Shown here one piece after another: positions 33,123 through 44,411 of a stretch of DNA of 64,000 nt. The stretch is from positions 1 to 64,000 of the forward strand of contig QPMI01000454.1 of NCBI GenBank assembly GCA_004431415.1, written 5' to 3'. The notes below the pieces were generated by a model. It was given only the letters and a program-made list of their open reading frames with translations, ran no database searches and was not told where the DNA came from. The number at the start of each line of letters is the position of its first letter. Position 1 is the first letter of the stretch. Source of the DNA: Cyanophora paradoxa CCMP329. Lineage: Eukaryota; Plantae; Glaucophyta. The translations under genes were made by a program, and so were the position numbers.

Positions 33123-36100
33123 CTAGCCGGTGCTGCGGTCGGTGCGGCTGGAGCCGTCGGAGTGGTACTCGAGGGGGACGAGCTCGCGCTGCGGGGGCGG
33201 CGACTCGGAGGCGGCGTCGCGGCGGGCCGGCCCCGCGCCGGCGGCCGGCCCCGCGAGCTGCCGCACGATGCCGGCGAGGTCCGACGCCACCGCGAGGAAC
33301 TCCTCCGCGCCGCCGCCCGCGCCTCGGCCTCCTCCGCGCCCCGCCCTCCGCCCCGCCGCCCCCGCCGCCGCCGCCCCGTCCTCCTCGCCGGAGCTGCCCC
33401 GGCCCCGCGAGGGCGGCCGCCCCGGCGCCGGCGGGGCGCGCGAGCCCGAGCCGGGGCGGCTCCCCGGCCGCCCCGCGTCCTGCGCCGTGTCCGTCCCACG
33501 TCCGTGCCCCGCCGCGCCTCCGCCCGCGCCTCCGCTGCCCGCACCTCAGCCGCCGCCCGGCGCCCGGGGCCGCGCGGGGGTGCGGGCGGGGGCACCGGCG
33601 GCGGCGGCGGAGAGGTCCTCGACGAGGCCCAGCAGGGAGGCCGCCTCCTCGCCCGTCAGCCCCGCCCCGGCCCCGTGCCCCATGCTGCCCAGTGCCCGCC
33701 CCTCAGAGCCCCGCGGGGCGGGCGGGGCGGGGCGGGGCGGGGCGGACCAGTAGTTGGCGAGGGCCTTGCAGACGGTGGCGGAGACGGCGTAGTCCTGCGC
33801 CCCGAAGCGCCCGAGGGCGTCGAGGAGGCGGTCGACGGCGGCGCAGTCGCGGAGCAGGGCGCGGTGGCGGGCGTCGGAGGCGAGGTTGAGAAGGACGCCG
33901 GCCGCCCAGTAGACGACGTCGCGCGCCCCGTGGTCCAGCAGCAGCGCCCCGATCTCCCCCACGCGCTCCTCCGCCAGGGCGGCGCGCGCGTCCTCGTGCC
34001 GCGAGAAGTTGCCGAACGCCCGCAGCGCCTCCACCACCGCCTCCTCGTTGAACGAGAGCAGCAGCGGCACCAGCACTGCCCCCCGCCCCTTGCGCTCGGC
34101 GGCGGGGCGGCGGAGCGGGACGGGCAGGGATGCAGAGGGGGCGCACGGCGGGCGAGGCGGCAGCGGGCGGCGGTGACGCGGTTGCCGGGGGCGTCGAGGT
34201 AGAAGGAGAGGTTGGTGACGGCGGAGACGGCGTTCAGGACGAGCTCCTCGCTCCCCGCGATCGTCTTCCGCTCGAGCAGGCGCGCCAGCTCCTCCACCTC
34301 CGGCCGCGCCGCCACCCGCGCCCCCGCCCCCGCCTCCATCGACAGGTTCGCCACCAGCCGGATGATCTGCGGCGGGCGCTCGGGCCCGCCCCGCGCCGGC
34401 CCCGCCCGCCCCCGCCCGGCCCGCGCACCTTGACGAGGGCCTCCTCGGTCTCCCGCACTTGCGGCGGCTGCAGCGGCCGCTCCCCGGGCGGCTGCGACGA
34501 CGAGGCCGCCGAGGCCGGCGCCGGCGCGGGGCCGGGGCGAGCGAGGCGTCCCGGGCGGCGTAGCGGGCGAGGAGCGGCAGGACGGCGTCCGGGGCGGCGA
34601 GGGGCCCGCCGAGCAGCAGCCGCTGCTCCTCGCTCGCCGTCGTCAGGTTCCCCAGCACGAAGCAGACGCGCGTGACGAGCGCCGCGTTGTCGGCGTGCCG
34701 CCCCAGCAGCGCCAGCAGCCGCCGCGTCCCGTCCGGGTACCGCGCCACCGCCGCCCGGCACTCCTCGTACAGCGTCAGCTTGCTGCGCGGCGGCGGGGGC
34801 GGGTCAGCCTCTCCGGCGGGCGGGCGGCGGGCGGGCGGGCCTGAGGACGCGGGAGACGTTGAGCATGGCGTCGGCGTGGCCCGGGAGGAGGCCGGCGAGG
34901 GCGAGCAGCGCGTCCACGACGCCCCCCGCGAGGAAGTGCCGCCGCTGCACGCCCCCGAGCGGCTGCGCCGCCAGGTTCCGCACCGTCGCCGTCACCTGCA
35001 CCAGCAGCTGCGCCACACGCTCCCCGCCGCTCGCGCTCCCCGGCCGCCCCGCGCCCGCCCCTCCGGCGGCGGGCCCGCCCGCTGCCGCCGCCCCGCGGTG
35101 AGCGGCGCGGCGGGCCGGGCGGGGGAGGGGGAGGGCGCGGGGCCGCACGCTGAGGGCGGCGCAGCGGGTCGTGAGGACGAAGCCGAGGGCCGAGACGCCG
35201 CCCTTCTGCGGCGAGGCTCGCACGCACGGCGCGCCGCGGGGGCCGGGGTCGGCGAGGGGAGGGGAGGGGCGGCGGCGCCTGCAGGATGTGCTTCGCGTTG
35301 GCGTCGTCGTTGGAGGCGTTCTTCATGGCGCCGGCCGCGTACAGCATGATCTGCGGGGCCGCCGCTCGGGAGCCGGCGTGCGGGGCGGAGCGGGCGGGCG
35401 GGCGGGCCTCGTCGGAGTTGGAGGAGGAGTCGGGGGCGCCGCTGTAGCGGGGGTCGCGGGCGAGGGAGAGGAGCTCCTCGAGGAGGCCCTCCTCGCGGAA
35501 GAGCGCGTCGTTCCGGTCCTCCTTGCTCAGCTTGTAGAGCACCCGGCACGTGTTCAGCACGCTGCTCGAGCTCCTCGTCACCTGCCGCCCCGCCCGCCGC
35601 CCTCAGCGCCCGCCCCGCCCCGTCCCGGCGCGGCCGGGCGGGCGGCGGGGGGCGCGCCCTGAGGATGATGCGGCAGAGCTTGGCGAGGAGGCGCGGCTCC
35701 TTCTGGTCCATGAGCCTGTACACCACCTTTAGGATCGCGCCCCCCGTGTCCTCCCCCCTCCCTCCGTCCGCCGCATCGCCCACCGACTCCCGCCGCTGCC
35801 CGGGGCCCCGCTCCCGGATTTGATCGCCCAGCGGCTCGATGAGCGACCAGAGAGCCTCACACGCCTGCGCCCGCCCCTTAGCCGCGCGCGCCCCATCGCG
35901 CGCGTGCGATCAAGCGGACCTGGATGAGGGCGGCTGGCGGCTGCGACGGATCGAGGCCCGCAAGTGCAGACTGGATCGGGCCGACTGGCACCGAATCCTC
36001 CGCCTGCCCGGACGCGGATCGCGACAGCGAGGGCGGAGGCCGCGAGACAGACGAAGTGGATGCAGAGGGCTTGACGGGAGGCTGACGCGCGTCCTGGCCG

Positions 36101-36655
36101 GGAGTTTTTGGCGTCGGCGGTTTGCGCGGCGGAAGAGGCGGCGGCATCGGCCCAGGTCCAGGCTCTGGCGTTGTTCCCTGCCGCGGTCTCCGGGGAGGAA
36201 CTTCGGGAGGCTGTACCGCCCGCTCCTGCTCTTGTGCAGCAGGTGTGGCGGGATGCGGACGAGATGCTTGACGCGGGGAATGAGCGCTGTGGTCCAACAG
36301 CCTAGGCGTTATTTGCGGCGTTGTCAAAGGTGAAGGAACTCCGCGGAACGATGAGCTGCGGTTGAGCGAGCCCTCCAAGAACATGGCGCTGGAGACGCTG
36401 CACTTGAAATGAGCGGCCGCGCGCTGGGGCCACAGATACGCTGCAGCGTACGCAGGCATACCTCTGCACCGATGGCGGACGGATGCCATAGTCGCCTGTG
36501 GGGAACAGCCGTCGCGTCGACTCCGCTGGAGTAAAGGGCCGGCTTGGCTTCGCAAGCGAGGCGCGGGCTTCTTGCAGCACATTAGCTACGATCCCCGTTG
36601 GGATGGGATCGGCCTTTTGCCTCATCGGTGGGCCAGCGCCAGGACGCGACATCAT
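33123..36655 (-). CDS. ARMC2: Armadillo repeat-containing protein 2 homologue (multi-exon)
   Basis: VLQEARASL..PSRPFTP; LNTCRVLYKLSKEDRNDALF; LLVQVTATVRNLA; NVSRVLSKLT; RVCFVLGNLT; EELVLNAVSAVTNLSFY; EALRAFGNFSR. Confidence 0.85.
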
Positions 36656-36729
36656 GCCGCTGTACCCCGCGAGGGAAAAAATTCGGCGCGCCAAGTACCG
36701 GGCCCGGACGAGCGCAGCGGCCGGGCGAA

Positions 36730-38235
36730 ATGGCGACCCCACAGCGCGGCCCGATGGCGCCGAGCTTCCCGACTACGCCCAGCTCGTTCGCGGCGGACGG
36801 CAGCCCGATGCTGAAGGGCGGCGCTATCAGGTACAAGCTGCGACTTCCCGGGCCGCGCCGGGCGCTTACGCTTTCGCAGGCGGATGCTATATCAGGTCTG
36901 GCCGTCGAAGGTGCGACCGCAGCGTCGGTATCGAGTGTTGGCGCCTTCATGCTCACCCTGCATGCCACCCCGCAGAATAAGTTCTTCTGCGGCGGCCGGA
37001 TTATGTCTGGGCCCGAGCTTCATGCACTCTGCTACACGTTCTTGTGGCTTACCATCCCGAGTGTCATCTACTTCGTCTTTCTGTGCGCCAAACCGACTCT
37101 GCGCTCGGCCATCGCGCGCCGACGCGTTGCTGCGCAGCTGCCCCCATCTTTACGCCCACGTTTCCTCCTTCTTCTTCTGGGGCCCCTTCCTGCTCTACAT
37201 CGCGACTATGATTCTCTTCTTCGGCACCGCCTGCTCCGACCCCGGCATCATCCCGCGCCAGTCGCTGCGCCAGTACTGCAGCCCGGTTATCGACCAGGAG
37301 ACCGCTGCAGTGAATGGGACCCTCGGAAAGTACTGCAGTGCGTGCTGGCTCGAGTCGCCCGGACTCGAGAACCTGACCGCCGGTGCAGAGACCTGCAACA
37401 TCTACCGCCCGCCGCGTTCCAAGCACTGCCGCGTTTGCGACAACTGCGTCCAGCGCTTCGACCATCACTATATCCTTTCCACCCGCCGGCATTCGCGCCC
37501 TCTTGATCGTTTGCTTCCCTCCTTGACCGAGCTGCTCACGCCGCTGGTGAGCCGCGCAGATTGGAGCCGACCGAAAAGGTTTAGAAACGCTTTGCGTTGC
37601 TGATGTTCCGAACAGGGTCGCGAACTGCGTCGGCCGGCGCAACTACCGCATCTTCCTGGTCTTCGTGGCGTCCGTGCTGGCGCTCTGCCTCACCGTGGCG
37701 ACCTCGACCAGCATTTACGTGCTGCGGCTCGCCCGCGGCGACGTGCCTGTCGACTTCGTCAACCACAAGCCGACCCAGTTTGTGATCGGGTCCGCACCCG
37801 GATCCCTCCCGTCGCGCCTTCCGCCGTTCTGACCCGCGTCGCTCGAATAGCACGGCTCTGGTTCTCTTCACCTTCCTCAACCTGTGGTTCCCGTTCGGCG
37901 TGCTCGGCTTCCACGCCTTCCTCGTCTGGACGAACCAGACCACCAACGAGATGGTCCGCCGGCCGTACCGCTCAGCCATTGTATTGCCCTCCTTTTTCTA
38001 TCCTCATTACTTCTTCTCTCGTTCAGCTCAAGGGCGAGTACCGCATCAAGCAGAACCCGTACTCCAAGGGGCACATCAACAACTGCATCTACCTCCTCTG
38101 CTCCACTGCACCCCCCAGGTCAGTGACCAGGATTTGCCTGTCTTCGCGCGCGAGAGAGGAGACCGAACCCGCCGCGCTCGCAGCGCAATATCCTGGAGGA
38201 AAGAGCTCCCCGCCTCGGAGCTGCCCATGGTTTGA
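36730..38235 (+). CDS. DHHC palmitoyl acyltransferase (ERF2/ZDHHC9-14-18-like, multi-exon)
   Basis: [55 protein letters not shown] (after splicing), HAFLVWTNQTTNE, NPYSKG. Confidence 0.92.
37470..37539 (+). other. U12-type (minor spliceosome) AT-AC intron, 70 nt
   Basis: 5' site ATATCCTTT, branch site TCCTTGAC at 37520-37527, 3' AC; removal restores the Cys codon of DHHC. Confidence 0.9.
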
Positions 38236-38705
38236 GAAGTCTTCGCCACCTATACCGTGCCCAGTATGAACCCAACCGTTCTTCTTTAGACGTATTTCGT
38301 GCCTTCTGTATGCACCTCTGTAGCTATGGTGTTTCAAGTTTTATCAACCGAAGAGTGTAGCGTCCGTGTCTCTTTATCGCGCGCGAGGAAGCCCGTGTGC
38401 GCTAAACCTAACATTCAATGATTTTCATCGGCCGGGCCGGGCTGGCAGCCTGGCGCGCGCGCGTGAAGGGACTTGAAGGGTTGAGGGGGGTACTCGTCAT
38501 TCAGAAACTTCAGCAGCCTTCTTAGGCTGCCAGCATCGTTGCGGCTACAAGTCGGGAGCTGAGCCGACAAGCATTAGCTGACACAGGAGCGCTCGGCGGT
38601 CGAGTCGCACGGCAGTCGACTGCCTTGAACAAGCGGCGAATCGGGAGGCGATCAACTTGGTGCAGCGCGGTGCGCCAGCGCCTGGCGTTCAGCGCTTTCA
38701 ATAAC

Positions 38706-39278
38706 ATGTCTGAAAGAAGCGCGCTTGCAGGGCTGTGCGCGCAGGAGATGGCGCGCGACGCAGGCTCATCGCTTTCGGAAGCCGTTGACCGCTTCGAGAG
38801 GCGCATGAACTTGGCCAATCCGTTCGCGGCAGCGGGCGACCGAGCCAAGGAGGCTATTTCGCGCATGGGCGACCGAGCGGATCGAGCGATCGAGCGCGCC
38901 AAGGGCGCGGCCGAGAGCGTGACTGACGCTGTCGTCGGGCGTACGAAAGACGCTGCGGGAGCGGTAGAGGGCTACATCACGAACGCGGTCTCAAGCGTCA
39001 CGTCGCGGGCCGAGAACGCTCTGGCATCGCTTGACGCCGCCATCCACGAGAGGACCACAGCCGTTGCGAACCAGGTTTCGGACTATCTCACGGACCTTCT
39101 GACCGAGTATGTAGGCGCCGAGAGGGCCGCCAACAAGGTCAGTCTGCCGCTGAACATTCGTGCGGGTTCCTGACGCCGCGCTCCGCCGCAGCTGTTCCAG
39201 GGGGCGGTGATCGGCGGCATAACGATCGGCGTGTCCATCATCATAGCAGCGGTCGTCGTGCGGAGGCGAAAGGGCTGA
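38706..39278 (+). CDS. Small helical-repeat protein with C-terminal transmembrane anchor (hypothetical)
   Basis: Ala/Asp/Lys-rich amphipathic ORF; after a GT-AG intron it reads LFQGAVIGGITIGVSIIIAAVVVRRRKG*. Confidence 0.5.
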
Positions 39279-39848
39279 AGGCGCGGGGGGAGGCCCCGAC
39301 AGCATTCCCCAAGTGGGACGTAGCGCGCTGTGATGCGCGCTAGGCCCGCGTCACGAGCTCCGGGAGGCGACCTGCGGCTCAGCGCCTCCGGTGTGGGCGT
39401 GATCGCGGGGGGCACTCCGCCCTGCCTCGCGACCGTCGAACCTGTTCCGTGATATCGATCAGCGCCTGCCCTCTGTGACGGGCGAGGACCCCAGTAGCTC
39501 CCTCATACTTGATACGTATTCATTCCTGCAAAATTGAAATTGAACGCATCTTTTTCTCAAGCTCAAGAATCCGCTGGATGCTTCATCTCTCTTGCTCGTT
39601 TGCCACGTTAAGGGGGGCCGCTAGCGCTGGCTCGGCTCGGGGCCTCGCGCTCTGGGCCCCTAGTGAGCTCTAGGCTCTAGCTGGACCCCGGCGCGCGCCG
39701 ACGTCATCAAAGCTTGAGCGCATACTAAAACTAGGGCTGCATTGAAACAGTGCCCGCATGAAAGAGAAAAAAGCGCTAGCTAGCAGTCGAGGGGGCGGGG
39801 CCGGCGGGGCGGGGCGGCCGCGCCGCGCGCGGGCCCGGGGGGCGGCCC

Positions 39849-42175
39849 CTATCGCGTGAACTGCTCGACGTCGTTCTTGATCGCCTCGGCGGCGTCCTTC
39901 TTCTTCTCCTCCTCGATCTGCGCGGCGCGGCGGGGCGTGAGCGAGCGAGCTGGAGGCTTGGAAGCCTGTGGGGGCGGGGCGGGCGGGGGGCGCCTTCTTG
40001 CGGAAGAACTCCTCGGCGCGGGTGAGGCGCTCGAGGTGGAAGGCGCAGATGAGCTTCTGAGACATGCGCGCCCGCACCACCGCCTCCATCCGCGGCGTCA
40101 GCAGCCGCGAGTTGATCTGCGCCCCGCCCGCCCCGCCCCGCCCCGTCAGCCGCGGCGCCGGGGGCATGGGAGCGGGGGCGGGGGCGGGCGGGCCATGGCG
40201 TTGTCCTGCTCGGCGATGGTGGGGAGCTTGGAGAGGTAGTCGGCGATGGCCCTGCCGCCCCGCGCGGTGAGCGAGGGCGAGGGCGGGGCGAGGGCGGGGC
40301 GGGGCCATGGGGCAGGGCGGACCGCTGGAGGAAGCGGACGACGTCGATCTCGCGCGCGTACTTGTCCGCCCCCGCCAGCGGCTGCCCGCCCCGGCCCCGG
40401 CCCCGCCTCGGCGAGGGGCGCGCGGGGCGGGCGGAGGGGGCGCGCGGCGCGCGGGGCGCACGGGGGCGACGGAGTCGGGGTCGTAGGGGAAGACCTCCGG
40501 CGGCTTGTTGAAGCGCAGCATGATGCTCATGTGCCTTCGCGCGGGGCCGGCGTGAGCGGCGCCGCTGCGGGCCGCGGGCCGCGGGGCGGGGCGGGGGCGG
40601 GGCGGGGCCGGGGGCGCACAGGACGCCGCGCTCGACCTCGGTGCCCCAGCCCTTGTGCTGGACGGCGAGGAAGGCGCGGGCGTCGAGCTCGGAGGCGGCG
40701 CGGGCGAGGAAGGACTCGAAGCCGACGAAGTCGTCCTCGAGGTCCGGCACGTAGCCGAAGCGGTCCAGCGTCTCGATCCCGCTCGTCGTCTCCCCGTACG
40801 ACACGAACACCTGCCGCCCCGCGCTGAGCAGGGCCGGGCGGGCCGGGCGGGCGGGGGGCCCGGGGCGGGGCGCGCCTCGTCGCCGGGCTCGATGTCGAGG
40901 CGGGCGCGGAGGCCGGCCCCCACGTGGAACGTGCACTCCTCGTTCCCGCACACCTGCGCGGCCCGAGCTGGAGCCGGCGGGCGGGCTGCGGCGGGGGGCG
41001 GGGAGACGGACGGCGTCGATCTTGGCGCCGCGGTTGGCGCTGTGGGAGAGGAGGTCCATGACGGGGATGAGGCCCTCGCGGCGGCCCCGCGTCAGCACCA
41101 CCGACGCCGCCCACTTGAACGCCTCCATCGTCGCGTTCGCCGCCGGGAAGAACTGCGGCTTGTCCTGCCCCCGCGCCCCCGCCCCTCAGCGCCCGCCCCG
41201 CGGCCCCTCCCGAGGCGCGCGCGCGCGCCTTGATGAGTCGGTCCGCCACGGTCACGAAGTACACGTCGTTCAGCTCCTCCAGGTTGCGCTTGATCCGCGC
41301 TGCCCCGGCCGGCGTCGGGCGGCGGCCCCGGCGGTGGGCAGGCGGGCGGGCGGCGCGGGGCTGCGCACCGAGGGTCGAGTTGTCCTGCAGCTGCACCAGC
41401 ACCTCCTCGGGGTAGTACCACAGCGAGTGCGTCATGTCCTCCGGCAGCAGCTGCGCGCCCCGCGCGCCTCAGCGCAACGCGCGCGGGGGGGCGGGCGGCC
41501 CGAATGGGGACGTCCGCACCTCGATCCAGGGCGCGAAGGGCGAGGCGGGCCCCTGGAGCTTCTCCAAGAGGAGGCGCGCCGCGTGGCACCAGTGCTGCTT
41601 GCCCGCGCCGGGGTCGTCCTGCGCGAAGTAGTTCGCCAGCCAGTGGTTCTCGCAGGTCATGATCAGCCTCGCCGGGATGCCCAGCAGCGGCTCGCCCGCC
41701 TGCCCCCGTGTCAGCCGGTCGCGCAAATTGCCGCGCAAATGGCTCCGGATGACGCGCGCCCGCACCTGCACGGTGGCATTCGAATTCAGGAAGAGGCCCC
41801 GCACCCGGGCTCCCGCGAAGTCCCGCAGTTCGAGCGCGTCGTGTATGAAGCCGCCGCTCGCGTTGACCCACGCGCGAAGCTTGCTGATATCGACGACCGC
41901 TGGGGTTCGCGGGCGGGGGCCGTTAGCGATCTGGAACGCGAGCGCGCGGCCGCGCGCCGCGCACTCGATGGCAGCGGGCGGTTCCCGTAGTACTGGTAAG
42001 CGACTCCCGCCGCGATAGCTATGACAGCGATGAAGATGGCGATGCGGAAGAACGACCGCGGCTTTGCCGGCGCGTCCTCCTTCGGCCCCGCGGCGTCAGC
42101 TGTCGACGGCTCCTTTGCCTCCTCCTTCGTCGCCTCGGCCTCCTTCTTCTTGGGCTGCTTCGCGTCCTTCGCCAT
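39849..42175 (-). CDS. SET-domain protein methyltransferase, Rubisco-LSMT/SETD3-like, with N-terminal TM segment (multi-exon)
   Basis: GLRGLF, GEPLLGIPARLIM, LLLEK..GPASPFAPWIELLP, FKWAASVVLTR, LIPVMDLLSHS, IEPGDEVFVSYG...LDRFGYV. Confidence 0.85.
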
Positions 42176-42299
42176 CGGCGAGTCCCGCCGGCGAACGCAG
42201 TCCGGCGAAATTTCGGTACTCCCGGTCTTCCTCTGGCTTTTGGTTTTGTGGTTGCCGCGCTCCACATTCGACGGCTTTGGCGCGGGAGAATCGCTCAAC

Positions 42300-44284
42300 A
42301 TGGTGACTTTCGACGCATCCTGGCCCCCGCGCCGTCCCGCGGCTCCGGGCGCATCTGACTTTGCATACGCGCTCTTCGTCGCGCCGCAGGTCGCAATCAT
42401 AGGGCGGTTGGAGGTAAAATGCTGTCGTGCAACACAGTTGAAGAAGAAGTCGACGCTAGGTGCGAAACCCACATCCGCACCTGCCCCTCGCGCGGCCCCC
42501 GACAGGCACGCCTGACTCCCGCGCCATTCCCGCTCTCCCCATCTATTCTGCAGTGAAAATGGTGCGCGAGGTCGCTCCGGCCGGTGGAGGGCCCGCCGTT
42601 CAGACGACTCTGATCGACCCCGCCCGCCGCGCAGGACCCATACGTGCAGCTGAAGTTCGGAACTGAGATACTTCGCGGGCCCACTCATCTAGCCGGTGGC
42701 CGCAAGCCGCAGTGGGAGGCGGACTTGGATGTTCCCATCCGAGAGGACACACACAGCTACATCCTCGACGTCGAGGTTTGGGACGAGAAGGCTGTCCTTG
42801 CGGATGCCTTGATCGGAAGGTACTCTCCCGTGCCGGCCGCCTGCGGTCCGGGGGGCTCTACGTGTCCGCTCACCGCGGAACGTCGCGGCGCAGCACGAAG
42901 GTGGACTTCTTCAAGCTGGTGCACGAGGGCGGCTCGTTAGAAGACTGGTTCGACTTGAAATCGCTGCACGGTAGCGCCGCCGGGCAGGTGTACCTGAAGA
43001 TCCGCTACGTGCCGAAGGTTTCTCCCGTGCCGCGCCTCTCTGGCTGCATGGGCGCGTGGACCCGCTGACTCTATCTCTTCCGGCTTCTTTCTTTCTGCAG
43101 GACAAGCGGAAGCGCTTGCCGCAGCCAGAGAAGACGCTGTCGACCAATGGCGTCGCGTCGGGCAGCGGGAGCCGGAGCCGCGCCACGCCGCCGGCGCGCA
43201 ACACGCGCGAAGCGGGCGACCACGAAGTGAGTGGCGTCGCGCATCCGACGTGCGCCGGGGCGCGCCGCTGACGCGCCGGCGTGCAGGACCTGGACGAGGA
43301 GCTCAAGCTCGCGCTGGAGGCCTCGAAGCTGACGTTCGAAGAGGAGCAGAAGAAGCGAGAGGACGGACCTGAGGAGGGTGCAGCGAAGGACGGCGCCAAG
43401 AAGGACGAGAAAGACAAGGGGAAGAAGGCGAGCCCGCCCCGGCGGCGCGGAGCTAGCCGGCGCGCCTGACCGCCCCGCGCGCAGAAGGCGACAAGCGCGA
43501 TCGACGACCTGCTCTCCCTGGGCGACGAGACGCCCGTCGCGCCGCCGCAGTCAAACATCTTCGCGGCTCCGGTGCGGCGCTCCCGCCCCCCCGCCGCACT
43601 CGCGGCCCTGAAGCCGCGCAGCCGTCAGCGATGGGGGCCCCCGGCATGGGCATGGCGCCGCCGCCGTCGGCTGCCGCCGCGAACCCGTTCGACGACTTTG
43701 CCGCGACGCCCGCAGCGCCGGTGCGCGTCCCGCGCCCCGCGCCCCCCGCCGCTCCCGCCGCGCCTCACGCGGACGCCGGCGCGCAGCCGCCGGTGGCGGC
43801 GGCGGGGAACCCGTTCGACAACCCGTTCTCGTCGGGGGGCCCGCCCCCCGGGGCCCCGAACCCGGGCCTCACGGTGCAGACGGCGCCGCAGACGATGTAC
43901 GGGGCGCAGCTGCCGCCGGTCTCGCAGCTTGGGGCGCAGCCGCTGTACAACCCGCCGGCCTCGGGCCTCGTCGTCGGCGCCCCCGGCAGCGCCGCCTCCT
44001 CGCCCTCCGGCTGGCAGCAGCAGCCGGCGTACCCCACTATGTACCAGCAGCAGCAGCCGCCGGCCTCGGCCACGGCTGCCATGTACCCCTCCCAGCAGCA
44101 GCCGCCGGCCTCCGCGGCGGCCGGCATGTACCAGCAACAGCCGCAGCAGGCGATGTACGCCTCCCAGCCGGGGGCGTACGCGGCCCAGTACGCCTCACAG
44201 CCGGGGGCGTATGCGGCCCAGCCCATGCAGCAGTGGGGCGCCCCCGCGCCCGCCCAGCAGCCGCAGCAGAACCTGCTGTTCTAG
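42300..44284 (+). CDS. C2-domain protein with UIM and NPF motifs, probable endocytic adaptor (multi-exon)
   Basis: GRLEVKCCRATQL...KMDPYVQL...GGRKPQW...LDVEVWDE...DALIG; UIM DEELKLALEASK; three NPF motifs; Pro/Gln-rich tail. Confidence 0.8.
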
Positions 44285-44411
44285 TCATGTTACATACCGG
44301 AACCCCTATTGGCAGCCCCGCCGTGTAAAAATTGTATTGGGATACGTATTGCGGATGGAGAAAAGCGTGGGCGGGGCGGGGGGAAGGAGGGGGCGCGCGG
44401 GGCCCTCATGA

